A stretch of 64,000 bases of DNA from an uncultured Candidatus Saccharibacteria bacterium (GTDB lineage: Bacteria; Patescibacteriota; Minisyncoccia; Sungbacterales; JACQCQ01), in assembly GCA_964494945.1 (NCBI GenBank), contig CAZBTX010000001.1:3088-67087 (forward strand). The letters are read 5' to 3'. The translations under genes were made by a program, and so were the position numbers. Every line of letters starts with the position of its first letter. Within the stretch, counting starts at the first letter, position 1. The notes under the pieces are model-generated. The model had not been told where the DNA came from. It was given only the letters and a program-made list of their open reading frames with translations, and made no database searches. Below are positions 62,817 to 64,000 of the stretch, piece by piece.

Positions 62817-63899
62817 ATGGGACTCAAAATGGGCATCGTAGGCATGCCGAATGTAGGCAAATCAACTCTTTTTCGCGCCTTAACGGCCAAGCCGGTATTG
62901 ATCGCCAATTATCCTTTCGCGACCATTGACCCCAATGTGGGGGTCGTGGAGGTACCTGATGAGCGATTGAATAAATTGGCACAGCTTTCGCGTTCCAGGA
63001 AAGTTGTTCCGGCCGTCATAGAGTTCGTAGACATTGCCGGGTTGGTTAAGGGAGCGGCCGCGGGGGCCGGTCTCGGGAACGCATTCCTCTCACATATCCG
63101 TGACACGGATGCGATCCTACACGTGGTCAGAGTATTCAAGAATGCCGACATTATTCACGTGGATAAAGAACCGGACCCGGGGCGTGATTTCGAGACCATT
63201 TGTTTAGAGCTTATATTAAAAGATCTAGAAACGGCTTCCAGGGCTCTGACTAAGTTGGAATCGGACGCTAAAAGCGGCGATGCGCAAAAAATAGAACGTA
63301 GAGACGCGTTATCTCGTCTTAAGTCAAACTTAGAAAAAGAATTACTGCTTTCCCGCGTGGGTTTATCGGAAGAAGAAAAGATAGTGGCCGCGGAGGTCGG
63401 ACTGCTGACGCAAAAGCCGATACTTGTCGTATTCAATATATCGGATGAGGAATTGCGTGATAATTGGCAGCCAGATAAAGTGCTTTTAGAAAGACTGGAT
63501 GGGATTCCTTATTTGGCTTTCCCTATTGGCATTGAGGGTGAGGCCATCGGGCTCTCGGAAGCAGAAGCCAGGGAATTCAGGAACTTAGCGGGTATTAAAG
63601 AACGCGGACTTGATACTTTGATACGAAAAAGCTACGAAGTGCTTGGCTTAATTACTTTTCTTACCACGGGAGAAGATGAGACGCGGGCCTGGACTATTCC
63701 GGCGGGGTCCAAAGCCCCGCGCGCGGGTCGCGCCATTCATTCCGACTTCGAAGATAAATTTATTCGTGCTGAAATAATCTATTGGGAAAAACTCTTGGAA
63801 GCTGGTTCTTGGGCCAAAGCGCGCGAACTCGGAGCTATTCGCACCGAGGGCAAAGAATACGTCGTTAAAGATGGCGATGTAATAGAATTCAAAATATAA
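62817..63899 (+). CDS. ychF: Redox-regulated ATPase YchF
   Basis: GMPNVGKST, ANYPFATIDPN, DIAGLV, IHSDF, EGKEYVVKDGD. Confidence 0.97.
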   Translation: MGLKMGIVGMPNVGKSTLFRALTAKPVLIANYPFATIDPNVGVVEVPDERLNKLAQLSRSRKVVPAVIEFVDIAGLVKGAAAGAGLGNAFLSHIRDTDAILHVVRVFKNADIIHVDKEPDPGRDFETICLELILKDLETASRALTKLESDAKSGDAQKIERRDALSRLKSNLEKELLLSRVGLSEEEKIVAAEVGLLTQKPILVVFNISDEELRDNWQPDKVLLERLDGIPYLAFPIGIEGEAIGLSEAEAREFRNLAGIKERGLDTLIRKSYEVLGLITFLTTGEDETRAWTIPAGSKAPRAGRAIHSDFEDKFIRAEIIYWEKLLEAGSWAKARELGAIRTEGKEYVVKDGDVIEFKI

Positions 63900-64000
63900 C
63901 TCGCTGCCGCCATTATCGCCGCCATTATCATCGCCGCTATCACTCTTCACTTCAATATTAGTTCCACTCCAATACTAGCGAGTATTGGAGTGGAGAGTTT

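Noticed and set aside
63900-63945. Short GCCGCCATTATC tandem repeat and the antisense ORF 63648-63950
   Set aside because: Only two to three degenerate units at the window edge; the ORF overlaps ychF antisense and has no support.
1-64000. Alternative genetic code (TGA read as Gly)
   Set aside because: Conserved genes such as rplI, scpA and gltX end at TGA at normal length and no conserved gene is broken by in-frame TGA.

Overview
This window looks like chromosomal DNA from a Patescibacteria (CPR, Parcubacteria-like) bacterium using genetic code 11. The assignment is inferred from the compact housekeeping set (def-fmt-priA, rplI-pyrG, aspS, scpAB, mraY-ftsW-murG-gltX, hrcA-grpE-dnaK-dnaJ with a CIRCE, cysS-dnaB-recR, rplU, rmuC, ychF), core genes without Shine-Dalgarno leaders, a short AspRS, TrpR- and PaaX-like orphans and a 2355-aa membrane-anchored fibre protein. 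The most striking feature is at 21560-22095. A tRNA-Ala(TGC) is split into three exons by two intervening elements that share a two-hairpin architecture and the same TG^CATCCGG target. The small element is 68 nt. The large one (394 nt) carries a GIY-YIG nuclease gene in hairpin 1 and a complete second tRNA-Ala(TGC) in hairpin 2. Other observations: several families of palindromic mini-elements (in frame inside genes, or exactly at start codons); single regulator genes bracketed by their own palindromes or inverted repeats; a four-helix-bundle cassette with empty copies; scattered GC-rich, SD-led, foreign-looking cassettes (including an outer-membrane-type beta-barrel and a clamp-motif protein paired with an HhH-GPD glycosylase); and identical 29-bp junctions inside the giant fibre gene. 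All calls come from reading motifs by eye; no database searches were run.
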